64,000 nucleotides of DNA. Origin: Octopus bimaculoides (Eukaryota). Location: assembly GCF_001194135.2 (NCBI RefSeq), contig NC_068990.1, forward strand, positions 78,301,498 to 78,365,497. Direction: 5' to 3'. Position numbers and translations under genes: made by a program. Under the pieces are notes generated by a model. The model was given only the letters and a program-made list of their open reading frames with translations, did no database searches and was not told where the DNA came from. Shown piece after piece: positions 38,588 through 51,897 of the stretch; positions within the stretch are counted from its first letter, which is position 1, and each line of letters begins with the position of its first letter.

Positions 38588-41037
38588 TATGTAGCATAAA
38601 TTATAATTCAATTAAAAATTCTTATGAAGAAAAGATTTTTTTCTATTTGTTCAGTATTTTATTTTTGTACAGGGAAGAAGGGTACAACAATAACAACGCC
38701 AACACACATTAAAAAAAAAAAAGCATAGTCCCCCCCACATTCTCACCACCACAAAAAAACAAAAAACAAAGTAAAACAGAAATGAGAAGGTAGCAATGAA
38801 ATTTGAAATAAAGCCTTTGGAAGTTAGAAATAAATATTTCTAGAAATGAAACTGATTCAAATATGGAAAAACCTAATGTTGTGGATTGCAGATTATCTGA
38901 AATGCTTTACACAGAAACTTGCAAGCGATGAGTCACAAATGAAGAGTTCTAAATAAATGAGTCAGCCTTGCTAAAGAATAGATTTGAATAGAGAGGGGAA
39001 AAAATGATTTGAGTTCCACTTGCTTTAGTTCTCATTCTTTTTCTTGTCCTCAACTGAACTTGGCTGTAAGTAGTCATCTATGACTAATATGTGCATTTAA
39101 AAGAGTATAACGTGTGAATGAATGTTATGTGTATTGTGTGTGTGTGTGGGGGGGAATAACATGAAATGCATTCAGAGTAACAGGGAATTGTGCAATGACA
39201 TAGTGAATGATGTAGCATCTGACAATGATTCAGCGGTTATTGCATATAATGGCTAAGGTGTTGTGTAATGTGTGAAAAGATGCACAAGAAATACAAATGT
39301 GGTTATTATTAAAAGCCTACCCCCCACCTCTATTCTATCAAGGCTTGGTGATATTTAGAGATTTAAATCAATACATATAGAGCCAAGTAGATATTCCACA
39401 GCTGGGTGTCCTATTGCCAATGAAATAAGGCAGCACTAACAGTCTGTACACTTAACTATTTCTTCCTCATGCTGAATTTTCTAAGTGATTTCTTTCTTAC
39501 AAAAATCAAAATCATACAGAATCGCCTGACTGAGACATAATGCTTCTGTTGACAGGAATTAATGTTTTAAGGAACATTGGATTGACAGAAAAGCAGAATA
39601 ACAATATTTTGTTGTAGACTCGGCAATGGATTAAAATAGTTGTCTCATACGTTTGGCTTAGGTATCCCAGGAAATCCTTTTTCTGTTACCAACAATTTAT
39701 GTGCTTAGAGATTTCTGAAAAGCATCATTGGAATGAGACACCAGCTGACTAAAACACAAATGGGTTGAGATTTAATTACTGGCATTATACTGAATACCTT
39801 GATTAACCAGTGACCTGTTTCACCTCAGAATTATCTTGAGGGTTTAAATTTGTTATAACCTAGTCAAGAAGAGGGGTTGCAACCATGATTCACCCAAGGG
39901 ACTGGTGATGTTAAAATGGGTAACTAAAAAGGGATAAATGCCAGCACTGATAGATGGTTTTTATCAGTTAATATATCAAACCCAGGTATGATAATTTAAA
40001 CCTTAATCAGATTTTCTTTAGATTATTACTTGCTAAAAAGGTTTCTTGCCATTACAAAAATCATTGTTGGATATTTTTGAAATCTTTTGTAATTATTACA
40101 CCCGGCATGTTTCTTTTTAATCTGAATGTGATTTGCAGCTGCTTCAGATTGCATACAACCATCTCATCTGTGAGCAATGATCATATTTGAAGTGAATTGA
40201 CAACAGGACAGACCATTGTAGGATTTAATGTTATCAAACAAATATTGTTTGATATGAATTCAAATTGCATTAATTCCTGTGAAGTGAGACAAGCATTTGC
40301 TAAAACTTCAAAGGATTGATATTTGGAAATGCTTCTTACTTAAACAAGCTGATGATAATCAGTAAGAAAATATAAAGGTCACAGTTGTGGACAGTTGTGT
40401 ATGCATGTTTGGTGGGAAGAAAAGAGCAAAAGAAAATTGATTAGGTTTCTAAAATTAGCCAATTAACTATTTCTGAAAGAATGTTGCCTGTATGTGTGTA
40501 TGTGTATGTGTATTATATAATTCCTTTATGTAAGACACAATTCACTCATATATTTCTGTCCCAATACTAATAATTCTACATTGACCCTAAGTAGGGTTAT
40601 CTGTGGCAGATATTGGTGACTGTATTCCTTTTAATTTATTAATATTTATTTTCACAAGGTAAAGCTAACTCTAGCAGGATGTTGACCAAACTAGACAAGT
40701 GGTGAATTTATTATAGCAAATACAATCTAACAATTAAAATATTTAAAAAAAAAATTCACTTAATTAAGAATTAAGCCCTGGATTAATAAGAGGAAATAGA
40801 TTGTTGGAATATTCCTGTGTTTCTGATAAGCCTCACTGACAAATGTGATTCAGTACTAAACTGTCAATTTAAAGCCAATCTTAGCTTGACTTTCAATAAC
40901 AATGCCTTTATATTTTAATAGAGGAAAAACATGCTACATTACAGTGCAGCACAAAAACAATGCCCATAAGTAATTATAGAAATGTGTGTAACACAGATAA
41001 TAAATAAACAGATATCAATGTAAACATTTAATTATAT

Positions 41038-41495
41038 ATCATCATCATCATTTAATGTCCATTGTCCATGGGTTAGACGGTTTGACCAGGGCTGGTAAGC
41101 TGCTAGGCTGCACCAGACTCCAGTCTGATTTGGCATGATTTAAAATGGTTGGATGCTCTTCCTAATGCCAACCACTCCAAGAGTGTAATGGAGTGTAATG
41201 GGTGATTTTACATACCACTGGCATGGGTGCCAGTTACAACTCCTCAATATCTGCCATGACTGTGATTTCATTTGGCTTGATGGGTCTTCAACTCAAGCAC
41301 AGCATGTTGCCAAGCATCTCAGTCATTTGTCATTGCCTCCATGAGGCCCAACACTTGAAAGGTGCTTTTTACTTGCCACCAGCATGGGTGCTCGTCACAC
41401 GACACCAGCATTAGCCATATTGCCTCTGTGAAAGGCTTGAAAGATGCCTTTTATGTACCACCAGCATGGGTGCAGTTACGTGGCACAAACATCGA
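41038..41495 (-). mobile_element. RTE 3' end
   Basis: (ATC)n tail, ggatgctcttcctaatgccaacc, and reverse-complement hairpin subunits. Confidence 0.85.
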
Positions 41496-41538
41496 TAGGT
41501 AAATGAGAGAAATATGAATACCCAAAATAAGGGTTTAA

Positions 41539-41759
41539 CCCCTTAGCATTGAGATTACTCTGTCAAATTCAATGCTTATTTTATTCACATTGTTTTCAAC
41601 TGATCATGCATAATCCTATAACTTTGAGATTTTGATAATGTGATAGTTTAATTTTAGAATGACATTGTAGGGTGAGCATGAGAGGCTGGATCCGGTCAGT
41701 TTGAACTTATAATAAGTAGAATGCTTCGGTTTGATATGGCCAATTTAAATGTTAAAGGG
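41539..41759. mobile_element. piggyBac-like MITE
   Basis: TTAA TSD at 41535-41538 and 41760-41763; TIRs ccccttagcatt / aatgttaaaggg. Confidence 0.88.
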
Positions 41760-42241
41760 TTAAAACCATAAATTCATTGAGGAAAAGTACAGCTGATGGA
41801 ATAGATACCACTATACAGCTGGGTAGTTTTTAATTGGAACCAGGAAGATGAAAAGAAAAGTCAAGCCTAGTGAGATGAAAGGCAATAGCTCCTGTGAGAT
41901 TTGAACTTACAAAATAGGTGTTAACTAAATATAGAGAGACATTTACTATGATATTTCATTACTTTAACAATAACATTGATAATTAATAATGATTGCTTGT
42001 GTTTTCTTTTCCAGTCGTGAAACCATTTATTTATTAGGATGAAAGGAAATGCAAAGTTGTACGTTCTTGATTTGGAAACAACTTACAACCGTACAGAGAA
42101 GAAAAAACAGCAAGAATTCAAAGAAATGCCTCAGTTGAAACACAGCAGGGCTCAAATTGGGAGTTAATTTGTTAAGAAGAGGGTAAGAACATATTTTGGG
42201 AACAGCTAAGAGTTGAGAGGGAGAGAAAGAGAAGAAAAGAT

Positions 42242-42274
<33 letters not shown>

Positions 42275-42558
42275 GTAAGCTATCAAGAGTTTAGTATGAA
42301 GAGGTACGGGTTGGTGGTGAATTGTAGTGGGTCTTGAATGGAGGAAGAGAAAGCCAGAGAAGTAAATGCTGTCAACATCTGGGTATCATTAGAGATTGAA
42401 TGAACAATAAGATAGGAACCATTTCCTTTTATTGTTTTTTTAAAAAAGAGGTTTTGTTTCTTTGTTAAACACTTCCACATCCATTTAAACTTTGTTTACT
42501 TGTTTCTTTCTTTGCTGCTGGTGGGTTCTGGTAAATCTGAACATTCTAAGTTTTCTTG

Positions 42559-42608
<50 letters not shown>

Positions 42609-43009
42609 AGAAAGAGAAGATGGTTTCATATTTTGATTCTCCAACATTGGAGTAAAATGGAAAATTGCTGTGATGCTTATTTTAGAGATGAGCTGACAGT
42701 GTTTAAAAGAACAATGTGATATTGTGAAAACCTAAGTGAATCCCCCACGTTACAAGCTAGTGTATAGACTGTTGATTCATTTACCATTCCCAGAATGTCT
42801 TTTTCACCATACAAAATAACATTCATTTTGCAATTATGAATGGCCTATTGTTTCTTCCATCTAAATCTACTATTAATTGTTGCTTACAAAAATGGACAAT
42901 TAATTATATCACTGTGTCTAATTGTACTACAACATGTGGTAGTTATTGGGTCGGTAGGAATAAAAGGTGAAAACTGACACTAGATTATATTGAACTCACA
43001 ACAATAAGA

Positions 43010-43687
43010 AACTAGAAAAGCACTCGGAGAGCACAGACCTCTGGCCAAACAAGCAGGAGCAGCACTATGATGATGACGACGACCACCACCACAACTACCC
43101 TACCACTATCACCACCACCACAACCACCAACATCATCAGCAGCATTGTCATTGCTTCCACTTCAACCACAAATACCGCCATCAACGTTATCATGACGGTT
43201 ACCTTGACAGTCTCTTTCACCACCACAACCAGTATAACCACTACAATACCACCATCACACAACTAACACTATCATCAACACCACTATTACCACCATCACC
43301 TCAGCATCACACCACTCCTGTTGCCATTCTAACCACTGATACTATTTTATAAGATAGATACACGAGTAAAATTGCTAATAGAGAAGCGAAAATAAACTTT
43401 GGAAACAGCAAAGGTTACGTGGAAACGATGAACGTGTTTTCAAGGGAGATAATCAAAGAACGTAATGTAATACTTCATATAAAGTAAATATAACAAATGA
43501 AAAATCCTTAAATTCCTGGATCACTACCAAAATTTCATCATCTGTTCCTGTTCCTTGTGTCATTACCACTTTTCCTGCAAGTTTCATCAAATACTGTTCA
43601 CAACTTTTTGAGTTATTTTGCACACAGAAGGACAGACGGACAAACCAACACCAATGTAAACATAACCTCCTTCCTTGGCGGAGGTAA
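43010..43687 (+). mobile_element. Helentron-associated non-autonomous element (HINE/DINE-like)
   Basis: 5' aactagaaaagcactcggagagcacagacctctggcc and 3' aaacataacctcc..cttggcggaggtaa, with subterminal inverted motif cctc.gcc/ggcggagg and an internal ACC/ATC tract. The class name is from recall. Confidence 0.65.
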
Positions 43688-43896
43688 TGAAGCTAAGCAG
43701 TTGGAATGTCTTTTAGTAATCAAGTAATTTCCTCTGAAACAAATAAGAATGAGGGGATCTCTATATGGCTTTTTTTTTAGCTTGTTAAATATCCTCTGAA
43801 TCCCTATTTACTGCCTTTAAAAAAAATAGGACAAGACAAAACTGATAACAATAAGAAAAAAATTGGAAGGATCACAGTTAGTATATCTTTGTTCAT

Positions 43897-44295
43897 GTAG
43901 GAGTGGCTGTATGGTAAGTAGCTTGCTTACCAACCACATGGTCCCGGGTTCAGTCCCACTGCGTGGCATCTTGGGCAAGTGTCTTCTACTATAGCCTTGG
44001 GCCGACCAAAGCCTTGTGAGTGGATTTGGTAGACGGAAACTGAAAGAAGCCCGTCGTATATATGTATATATATATATATATGTATGTGTTTGTGTGTGTT
44101 TGTCACCCCAACATCGCTTGACAACCGATGCTGGTGTGTTTATGTCCTCGTAACTTAGCGGTTCAGCAATAGAGACCGATAGAATAAGTACTAGGCTTCT
44201 AAAGAATAAGTCCTGGGGTCGATTTGCTCGACTAAAGGCGGTGCTCCAGCATGGCCATAGTCAAAAGACTGAAACAAGTAAAAGAAATAAAAGAA
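43897..44295 (+). mobile_element. Full-length family B SINE
   Basis: tRNA-like head gtaggagtggctgtatggtaag...gggttcagtcccac, TA/TG spacer, and gactgaaacaagtaaaaga tail. Confidence 0.9.
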
Positions 44296-45664
44296 AAAAT
44301 TTGACTAAACTGAGCTGATTAGAACAAGTTGCTTTCGTTTATTTATTTTTTTGTTTGATGGAAAGTCTGTTTCTCTGAGAAGGAAGCGTAATCCAGCAGC
44401 TTAAACTAAAGACTATATCAATACTTAACCTGCTTCTATCTAAGTGAAACCCAAGCAACACTGAAACAGAAAAGTGCCAGACATTTATGCCTGAAATCAT
44501 AATTTTTCAGGATCATTCTTAAACTGAGGCATATAAAGACTGAAAGCTTTAAACTGGTTCTTTCCTGTGAGAACATTTTTTTCTTATTATTACTAATTCT
44601 TTTATTGATAGCACTTGGCCTGTGTAAATAGAATAAATAGCTGCACAAACACAAAAGCCTTTTTGTTAGAAAAGAGTTTTAACAGCAAAAGATACTTGTG
44701 GAAATAATGAGTGTGTGTGTGTTGTGTAAGGAAAAGAAAAATGTTTCTTATTGTTAACTTGGAAAATTAGTAAATAATTCAAGACGATGACAACAGCATC
44801 ATGAACAAGAACAACATTGGCACAAACAAAATAACTTGTATTCATCCAATGAAAAAAATGTTGTTTTGTGAAGCTACACAAAGTTAAACTCTTGTCCAAA
44901 TAACTGGTTATTTCTAATAAGCCCAGCATCTGATGAAGGCTTGCATTTAGAAACTACTAGACATTTACAGAACAAGAACTATTGAAAATTTAAAGTAGCT
45001 GTTTGTGAGCTGCTGCTATCGCTAAAGCTGCTGCCACCACCACCACCACCACCACCACCACCACCACCATCATCATCCTCAATATCATATAACAAATCAT
45101 TCTTCTGAACAGTAAAGGCAATTTCTAGAATACATTGATATTATTTAAATACTAATTCTTTTCACAACTCATTTGGGTGTTTTAATTGTTCACACAAATT
45201 AATAAGCTATTACTGAATGTTGTTGTGATGGATGCAGCTAATTTCCACTTGCAAACAGCCAATTCCTAAGACTTTTGCAACAATGTCTCTTGCTATAAAT
45301 TTTATAACTGATCAGAACAATTTATCTTTAACTTGATTATGACTCACAGATATAAAATTTAATAAAGAGAAAAAAGGGAGAAACCAGTGATTAGAATAGT
45401 TCAATAAAGGAACACTGAGAAAACAAGTTTTATCACTGAAAAGGTAATTAAATAAATTGAATAATATTAATAAATAAACTGAGGCAAAATATTTCATGAA
45501 TCCAGTAAATGAGATTTTCATGGATTTCTTTGTATTTCTAAGATTTTATATCTGAGTCATAATTCTTATTAATATTAAATTCAGAATTGTGGTGGAGCTA
45601 AAACAATGTGCTTATGTATTATAAGTACACTTATGTGAGTAACATATAAATATTAATTTGCAGT

Positions 45665-46406
45665 TGAGGATAGCTGTGTGAAAAAGTGCTACACCCTAGC
45701 GGTTGAGGGAACCTGTGGAAGAGGTAGACCCAGGAAAACCTGGGATGAGGTAATGAAGCACGACCTTCAAACATTGGGCGTCACCGAGGCAATGACAAAT
45801 GGCTGAGACCTTTGGAGATATGCTGCGCATGAGAAGTCCTGGCAAGCCAAGTGAGACCATAACCGTGGCCTATGCCAGTGCTGTATAACCAGCCCATTTA
45901 AGAGTACCCTTCAATCATTGGACAATAAACTATGCTTGTGAAGACCTGTTGAGGCAAGTGAAATCGCTGTCATGGCCGATGACAGTACCACCTGATTGGC
46001 ACCTGTGCCAGTGGAACATTAAAAGCACCATGTGAGCGTAATTGTTGCCAGGGCTGCTGACTGGCTTCTGTGCCAGTGGCATGTAAAAAAAAGCACCATC
46101 CAAGCATGGTCAGTGCCAGTGCCACCAGACTGGCTCCTGTACAGGTGGCACATAAAAAGCACCATTTGAGTGTGGTTGATGCAAGTACCACCTGACTGGC
46201 CCTCGTGCCAGTGGTACGTAAAAGCACCCACTACACTCTCAGAGTGGTTGGTGTTAGGAAGGGCATCCAGCTGTAGAAACTTTGCCAGATCAGATTGGAG
46301 CCTGGTGTAGACATCTGGTTCACCAGTTCTCAGTTAAACCGTCCAACCCATGCCCGCATGGAAAGCGAACATTAAATGATGATGATGATAATGATGATGA
46401 TGATGA
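45665..46406 (+). mobile_element. RTE LINE 3' end with four tandem 3' UTR subunits
   Basis: EDSCVKKCYTLAVEGTCGRGRPRKTWDEVMKHDLQTLG..LWRYA; 3' UTR with ~66-bp units ending aagcacc; (GAT)n tail. Confidence 0.92.
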
Positions 46407-48034
46407 AGAATGTGAATGAATAAGCATCATATTCAACAGAGTTATCTGAATGCTAAAGGATAGGAATGATGCTGGTTACATGAAATGAAATGAAATGAAA
46501 AAAGCATATTGTAAAATACTGAAAAATTTATCCCTACAAAATGTAATTAAAGAACCCTTAAGAGTGATTAAATCAAAAATCTGGATGTAAAATTTACTAA
46601 TATATATACTTATAAACAGAATAGCTTCTATGAAGTCTTTCTTTTCAGAAGCATTTTACACCTGGTTTGATTATTTCTAAATTAATACCTGTGAAATTGG
46701 AAATTTTAATACATTATATTACAGTTTACATTTAGAGAGTTGCTAGATTATTACTGACTCCAACTCCAACAACTGCTTCTGACTCTCATTCCACAGCTGT
46801 GTGTATATACAAAGTTACATAAACGAAAACTGATATAAACATGTATGTAAAAACATTCATTCTTCAATTACAAATGCCATCACATCTTAAATCTGACTGT
46901 CTACAATATAAACTGGAGCATCTCTCAATCAATTTAATAGTATCTTACAAAGAAAGAACTACTTGTATTATTCAGGGAGTGCAAAGGATCCAAATTTTCT
47001 AATTTGACATTGTGGAAGATAAATTCAAAACATCAAACAAAGGATTTGTTAATGTGTACATGAACATCAAAATTTATCTCAATATTACTTTTTAACCATT
47101 GAAAAGAGATTGACTTTTATGAAATTTGCCTTAGGCCTCAGCAGCATGTTTTAAAGATAGGAACCTTAAAAATCTGATTTCAAAATTGTCTGCACCCCAA
47201 TCTCCTTACAGTAAAGATCCTATTTTTTATTTTTGTTAGCAGACAAATTTTGTTTGAATTTCTAAGGCTTAGAATAACAGCATTCACACTGTGAAAGAAG
47301 GGATTCTTAAAGGATAGGAAAGGAACTCTGTTTCTGGCAATGTGAGTGGAAGCTGAAGAGAACACAGTAATCTATTGAGTTGAAAAACACCTTTATTAGT
47401 AAAAGAGCTGCTGACCTACAGTGTCTACTACTACTACTACAACTACTTGTAATAACTTGCAAGTTATTAGCTCTTTGGAAATATTACAGCAACGGGGGTA
47501 AGGCTATCTTTATGGTTATGTGTGTATGTGTTTACGAGCATTTTCACAGTTCTGAGTCAGATACTTGTGTGAATGTGTGTAAATGCAAACAGTAGGAAGA
47601 AGAAATGAAAGTGTGTGTGTGTGTGTGTATGTGTTTGGTTTTAATCTCCCAGAACCCACAACACCCAAATCCGCCCCGCCCCTTTCCTCTAGTATTCCGG
47701 CAAGAAAGTAGAAGCATCTGGGACAGTGACTCCATCTGACTTTCTCCACCCCTGCTATTACAGCATGAGAGACGAAACTAAGTAAATAAGTAAGTAATAG
47801 GGTTCAGTCGTCTGTACTCTATAAAAAAAATAAAAAACCGACAAGCAAGGGGGGGGGGCAAAATAAATATCAGAGGCAATAAGATCAGTGTTGTTATTAT
47901 TGTGGCTAGCAAGGGCAGTAGATTGTAGATTCAGAGAAGTTGTTGCCTTGTTTCTCTTAACAGAAATCATCATCATCATCATCATCATTATTATTATTAT
48001 TATTATCATCATTATTATTATAATTATTATTATT

Positions 48035-48965
48035 AAGGTGGTGAGCTGGCAGAATTGTAGCTTTGCCAGAAAAAACACTTAGCGTCATTTCTTCTCTTCA
48101 AATTGTAAGTCCGAAGTTCAAATCTGCTGTAGATGACTTTGCCTTTCATCCTTTTGGGGGTTTTGATAAAATAAGTACCAGTTGAATACTGGAGTTAATA
48201 TAATAATCCACATACTCCCTCACCTGAAACTGATAGCTTTGTGTTAAAATTTGAAACCATCATCATCATCATCCTCATCATCATTAAGGTGGCAAGCTGG
48301 CAGAATCATCAGCATGTTAAATGAAATGCTTAGTGGTATTTTGCCTGTCGCTACATTCTGAGTTCAAATTCTGCCGAGGTCAACTTTGCCCTTTATCCTT
48401 TCGGGGTCGATGAAGTAAGTAGCAGTTGAGTACTGGGGTCGATGTAATCGACTATTCCCCTCCCCCAAATTTCAGGCCTTGTGTCTATAGTAGAAAAGAT
48501 TATTATTATTATTGTTGTTATCATTATTATTAAACCTGGCAGAATTGTTATTGTCCCGGTAAAATGCTTAGCGGTATTTTGCTTGTCTTTATGTTCTGAG
48601 TTCAAATTCTGCTGAGGTCAACTTTGCTTTTCATCCGGGGGGGGGGGGGATAAAATAAGTACCAGTTAGACACTGGGGTCAATGCAATCAACAATCCCCC
48701 TACCCACAAATTCCAGGCATTGTACTTATAATAGAAAGGGTTATTATAATTATTACTATTGATAATAGTATTAGTAGTAGTAAGGCAGTGTGGACTGGCA
48801 GAATCATTAGCAAGCCAGGCAAAGTGCTGAGTGGCATTTCTTCCAGTAATTTATATTCTGAGTTCAAATCCCAGCAACATCAGCTTGACTTTTCGTCCCT
48901 CTAGGATTGATAAAATATAGAGTTCAATGTCCACTAATAACCCCATTTTAATATTGCTGGCCTTA
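48035..48965 (+). mobile_element. Head-to-tail array of four family C SINEs
   Basis: Copies at about 48035, 48286, 48530 and 48781, each with ctggcagaat and a (tctg/ccga)agttcaaat box, separated by ATT/ATC/AGT tracts. Confidence 0.88.
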
Positions 48966-48974
48966 AGGCTTTAG

Positions 48975-49451
48975 CTGTAGAAAGAAAGAACATAGAGGGA
49001 GATTTAGTTAGAAATCTAGACGAGGCTCTTAGCAGAGGCATCGTGACTGACGTGTTGGCGGCGAGGTTGGCCCTCGACCAACATTTCAACGCCAAACACG
49101 AGGGCTGCATTGTCAGAAGCTAAGGCATGTTCAGTAAGTGGGGAGGGGACTAAGGCTATTCGATGGGTTCACATGGTGGAGGCCAAGCGTGGCAACAAGG
49201 TGACCATTCGATCTTTGGTGGACCAGAACAGGTGCAAGGTGTTTGAATCGAAGCAGATGTGTGTGTGGCCTTTCAGCAGCACCTTTGCTCGACTGTTTGG
49301 GACAATCAGTGGAACAGACAACGGGGCAGACTTCAGTGTGTATCTGGATGGCCTGCCATGACTCTCAGTGAACGAGGCAGAGTGCTGCGAAAGACTGATA
49401 ACTGCCTAGGAAGTACAAGAAGCGATGAAAAGCTGTACGAGAAGTAGATCT
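48975..49451 (+). mobile_element. L1/Tx1-clade LINE ORF2 fragment (EN-RT linker)
   Basis: NLDEALSRGIVTDVLAARLALDQHFNAKHEGCIVR, EAKRGNKVTIRSL, MCVAFQQH..ARLFG, LSVNEAECCERLITA*EVQEAM, ending just before the expected KSPG motif. Confidence 0.7.
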
Positions 49452-49479
49452 TTAAGGAACTGGAATACATATGATTCGA

Positions 49480-50170
49480 ATTTCATGAAAATTGCACATG
49501 AGGGTTCTTTCCCTCTTTACACACCCTAAAAATATTCTAATCATGAGACATGTATCCCATACTATTGATCTTTATGCGCATATTCCAAAATTTCAGTCTT
49601 CTGGAATGTGTAAAACGGATTTTGCTCCTGAAAAATGGAGCTAGAATGTGGGAACGAAGGCCCCTATTGGGGGTGGGTGTGTTAATGTCAACCAGAGAAG
49701 TTGAATTGTTAGGAATGTTTTTAACTTGGGTCTTATAGTATGCCTGTGTATATGTGAGAGTATAGTCTCACTTTAATAGTTTCAGTACGAAATTGAAAGT
49801 ATTTGAAATTACAGTAGCGACATGTTATTGTTTCACTTTTGACAGGTAATACTGAAATAGTGGAATAGTTTCGGTGTTAAAGTGAAAGTATCTGACATTA
49901 CAGTAGAGTGGTGTTATTGTTTCACTTCTGACACGTAATACTGAAATAGTGGAGGAGATATGATATTGCTGTGGGCTGGAACTATGCAAGAAGCTAAAAA
50001 ATTTTTTGGCCTAAGACACTACATGGACCCTAAAAGGATTTTGCTCCTGAAAAATGGAGCTCATGGAGCTGAAAAATGTGGGAGTTAAGGCCCCTATTGG
50101 GGGTGAGTGTGTTAATGTCAACCAGAGAAGTTGAATTGTTGGGAATCTTTTTAACTTGTGTGTAATATCT
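49480..50170. mobile_element. Helitron-like non-autonomous repeat with internal tandem duplications
   Basis: About 115-bp segment duplicated at 49617 and 50036; about 70-bp subunit duplicated at 49797 and 49884. Shares body with 34101-34350 and 51085-51423. Confidence 0.6.
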
Positions 50171-50361
50171 ATTGTTTGAATTTCTTTGAAATAGGAAATA
50201 TATGTATGTTCACTGGGTTTGTAAAAGAGAGCAAAGCTACAGGAAAGCAAAAGACGAATGATCACAATAATCAGTCAGCTACCCTAGCCTAGTCGTTACT
50301 ACTCCCCAATGCAGGATTCCTCACCATACAGGTGACAGGCACAGCTGTAAGATGCATTACG

Positions 50362-50438
50362 NNNNNNNNNNNNNNNNNNNNNNNNNNNNNNNNNNNNNNN
50401 NNNNNNNNNNNNNNNNNNNNNNNNNNNNNNNNNNNNNN
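50362..50438. other. Assembly gap
   Basis: 77 N. Confidence 0.99.
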
Positions 50439-51084
50439 TCTGCAATGAAATAATTTTACTCAACACTTTGCAAGTGAATCAGTGGAGGCAAAGATGCGTC
50501 TCATTTACTTGACAATTTATGAACCACATTGCAGAAATCACAATCTAAGTATATCTGAAAGGATAGTCTTACACTGTTGTACCGTTGAATTACAAACAAT
50601 GCTCATCTGTTATGTTCGGGTGACCCTATAGCTTCCAATGGTACAACTGTATTTGTCTTTGCTTAGGAAAAATGACTAAATTGTGGGAGTGAAGTCCCCA
50701 TGAAGGGGTCTTTGTAACTTCTACGAAGAAGAAGAAATTTTAGAAATATTATTTTATTCGTGTGTAATATGTATGGTTAAAATTTCATCAACATCAAAAA
50801 TATATGAATTTTCATGGGGGTTATGGCCGTTATGCATAGAATATAATTTCCAAATTTCATAAAGATCCATTCAGTACTTTTGACGTAGTTTTGGATAATA
50901 AGAAAACAAATGACTAATGTGTGTGTTTGTGTGCATCTGTATGTGTGTGTGTATGGGTGTATATATGTATAGATATCTGTATGCATGTATATATGTGTAT
51001 ATATTACATGTACATCTATATATATATATATATATCTACACATATGTATACATCTATATATATGTATGTATGTATATATATACG

Positions 51085-51423
51085 TATGTATGCCTGTATA
51101 TATGTGAAAGTATAGTTTCAGTGTAGTAGAATCAGTATGAAAATGAAACCATTAAAGTGAAAGTATCTGTCATTACAGTATCAAAATGTGATTGTTTCAG
51201 TTTTGATACTGAAATGGTGGAAAAGTTTCATTTTTAAAGTGAAAGTATTTCACATGAGTATTTTTGTTTCACTTTTGACACATAATACTTAAATAATGAA
51301 GGAGATATTATGTTGCTGTGGGCTCGGACTATGCAAGAAGTTAAAAAATTTTTTGACTAAAACACAACCGGGACCCTAAGTAAGGCATGTGTAAAATTTG
51401 AATGAAATTGGTTGTGTAGTTCT
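51085..51423 (-). mobile_element. Copy of the Helitron-like family, truncated by a gap
   Basis: Closely colinear with 34101-34350. Confidence 0.7.
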
Positions 51424-51897
51424 NNNNNNNNNNNNNNNNNNNNNNNNNNNNNNNNNNNNNNNNNNNNNNNNNNNNNNNNNNNNNNNNNNNNNNNNNNNNN
51501 NNNNNNNNNNNNNNNNNNNNNNNNNNNNNNNNNNNNNNNNNNNNNNNNNNNNNNNNNNNNNNNNNNNNNNNNNNNNNNNNNNNNNNNNNNNNNNNNNNNN
51601 NNNNNNNNNNNNNNNNNNNNNNNNNNNNNNNNNNNNNNNNNNNNNNNNNNNNNNNNNNNNNNNNNNNNNNNNNNNNNNNNNNNNNNNNNNNNNNNNNNNN
51701 NNNNNNNNNNNNNNNNNNNNNNNNNNNNNNNNNNNNNNNNNNNNNNNNNNNNNNNNNNNNNNNNNNNNNNNNNNNNNNNNNNNNNNNNNNNNNNNNNNNN
51801 NNNNNNNNNNNNNNNNNNNNNNNNNNNNNNNNNNNNNNNNNNNNNNNNNNNNNNNNNNNNNNNNNNNNNNNNNNNNNNNNNNNNNNNNNNNNNNNNN
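51424..51897. other. Assembly gap
   Basis: 474 N. Confidence 0.99.

Noticed and set aside
42027-42272. Minus-strand ORF with apparent acceptor and GTAAGT donor
   Set aside because: The hydrophobic, F/L-rich translation is typical of antisense A-rich DNA, with no homology recognised.
44930-44975. Hammerhead-like CTGATGAAGGC...GAAACTACTAGAC
   Set aside because: Stem II does not close, the conserved U of the cleavage triplet is missing, and stem I has only 2 bp; too decayed to call.
45965-46228. Regularly spaced repeats resembling a CRISPR array
   Set aside because: These are eukaryotic LINE 3' UTR tandem units with homologous spacers and no cas genes.
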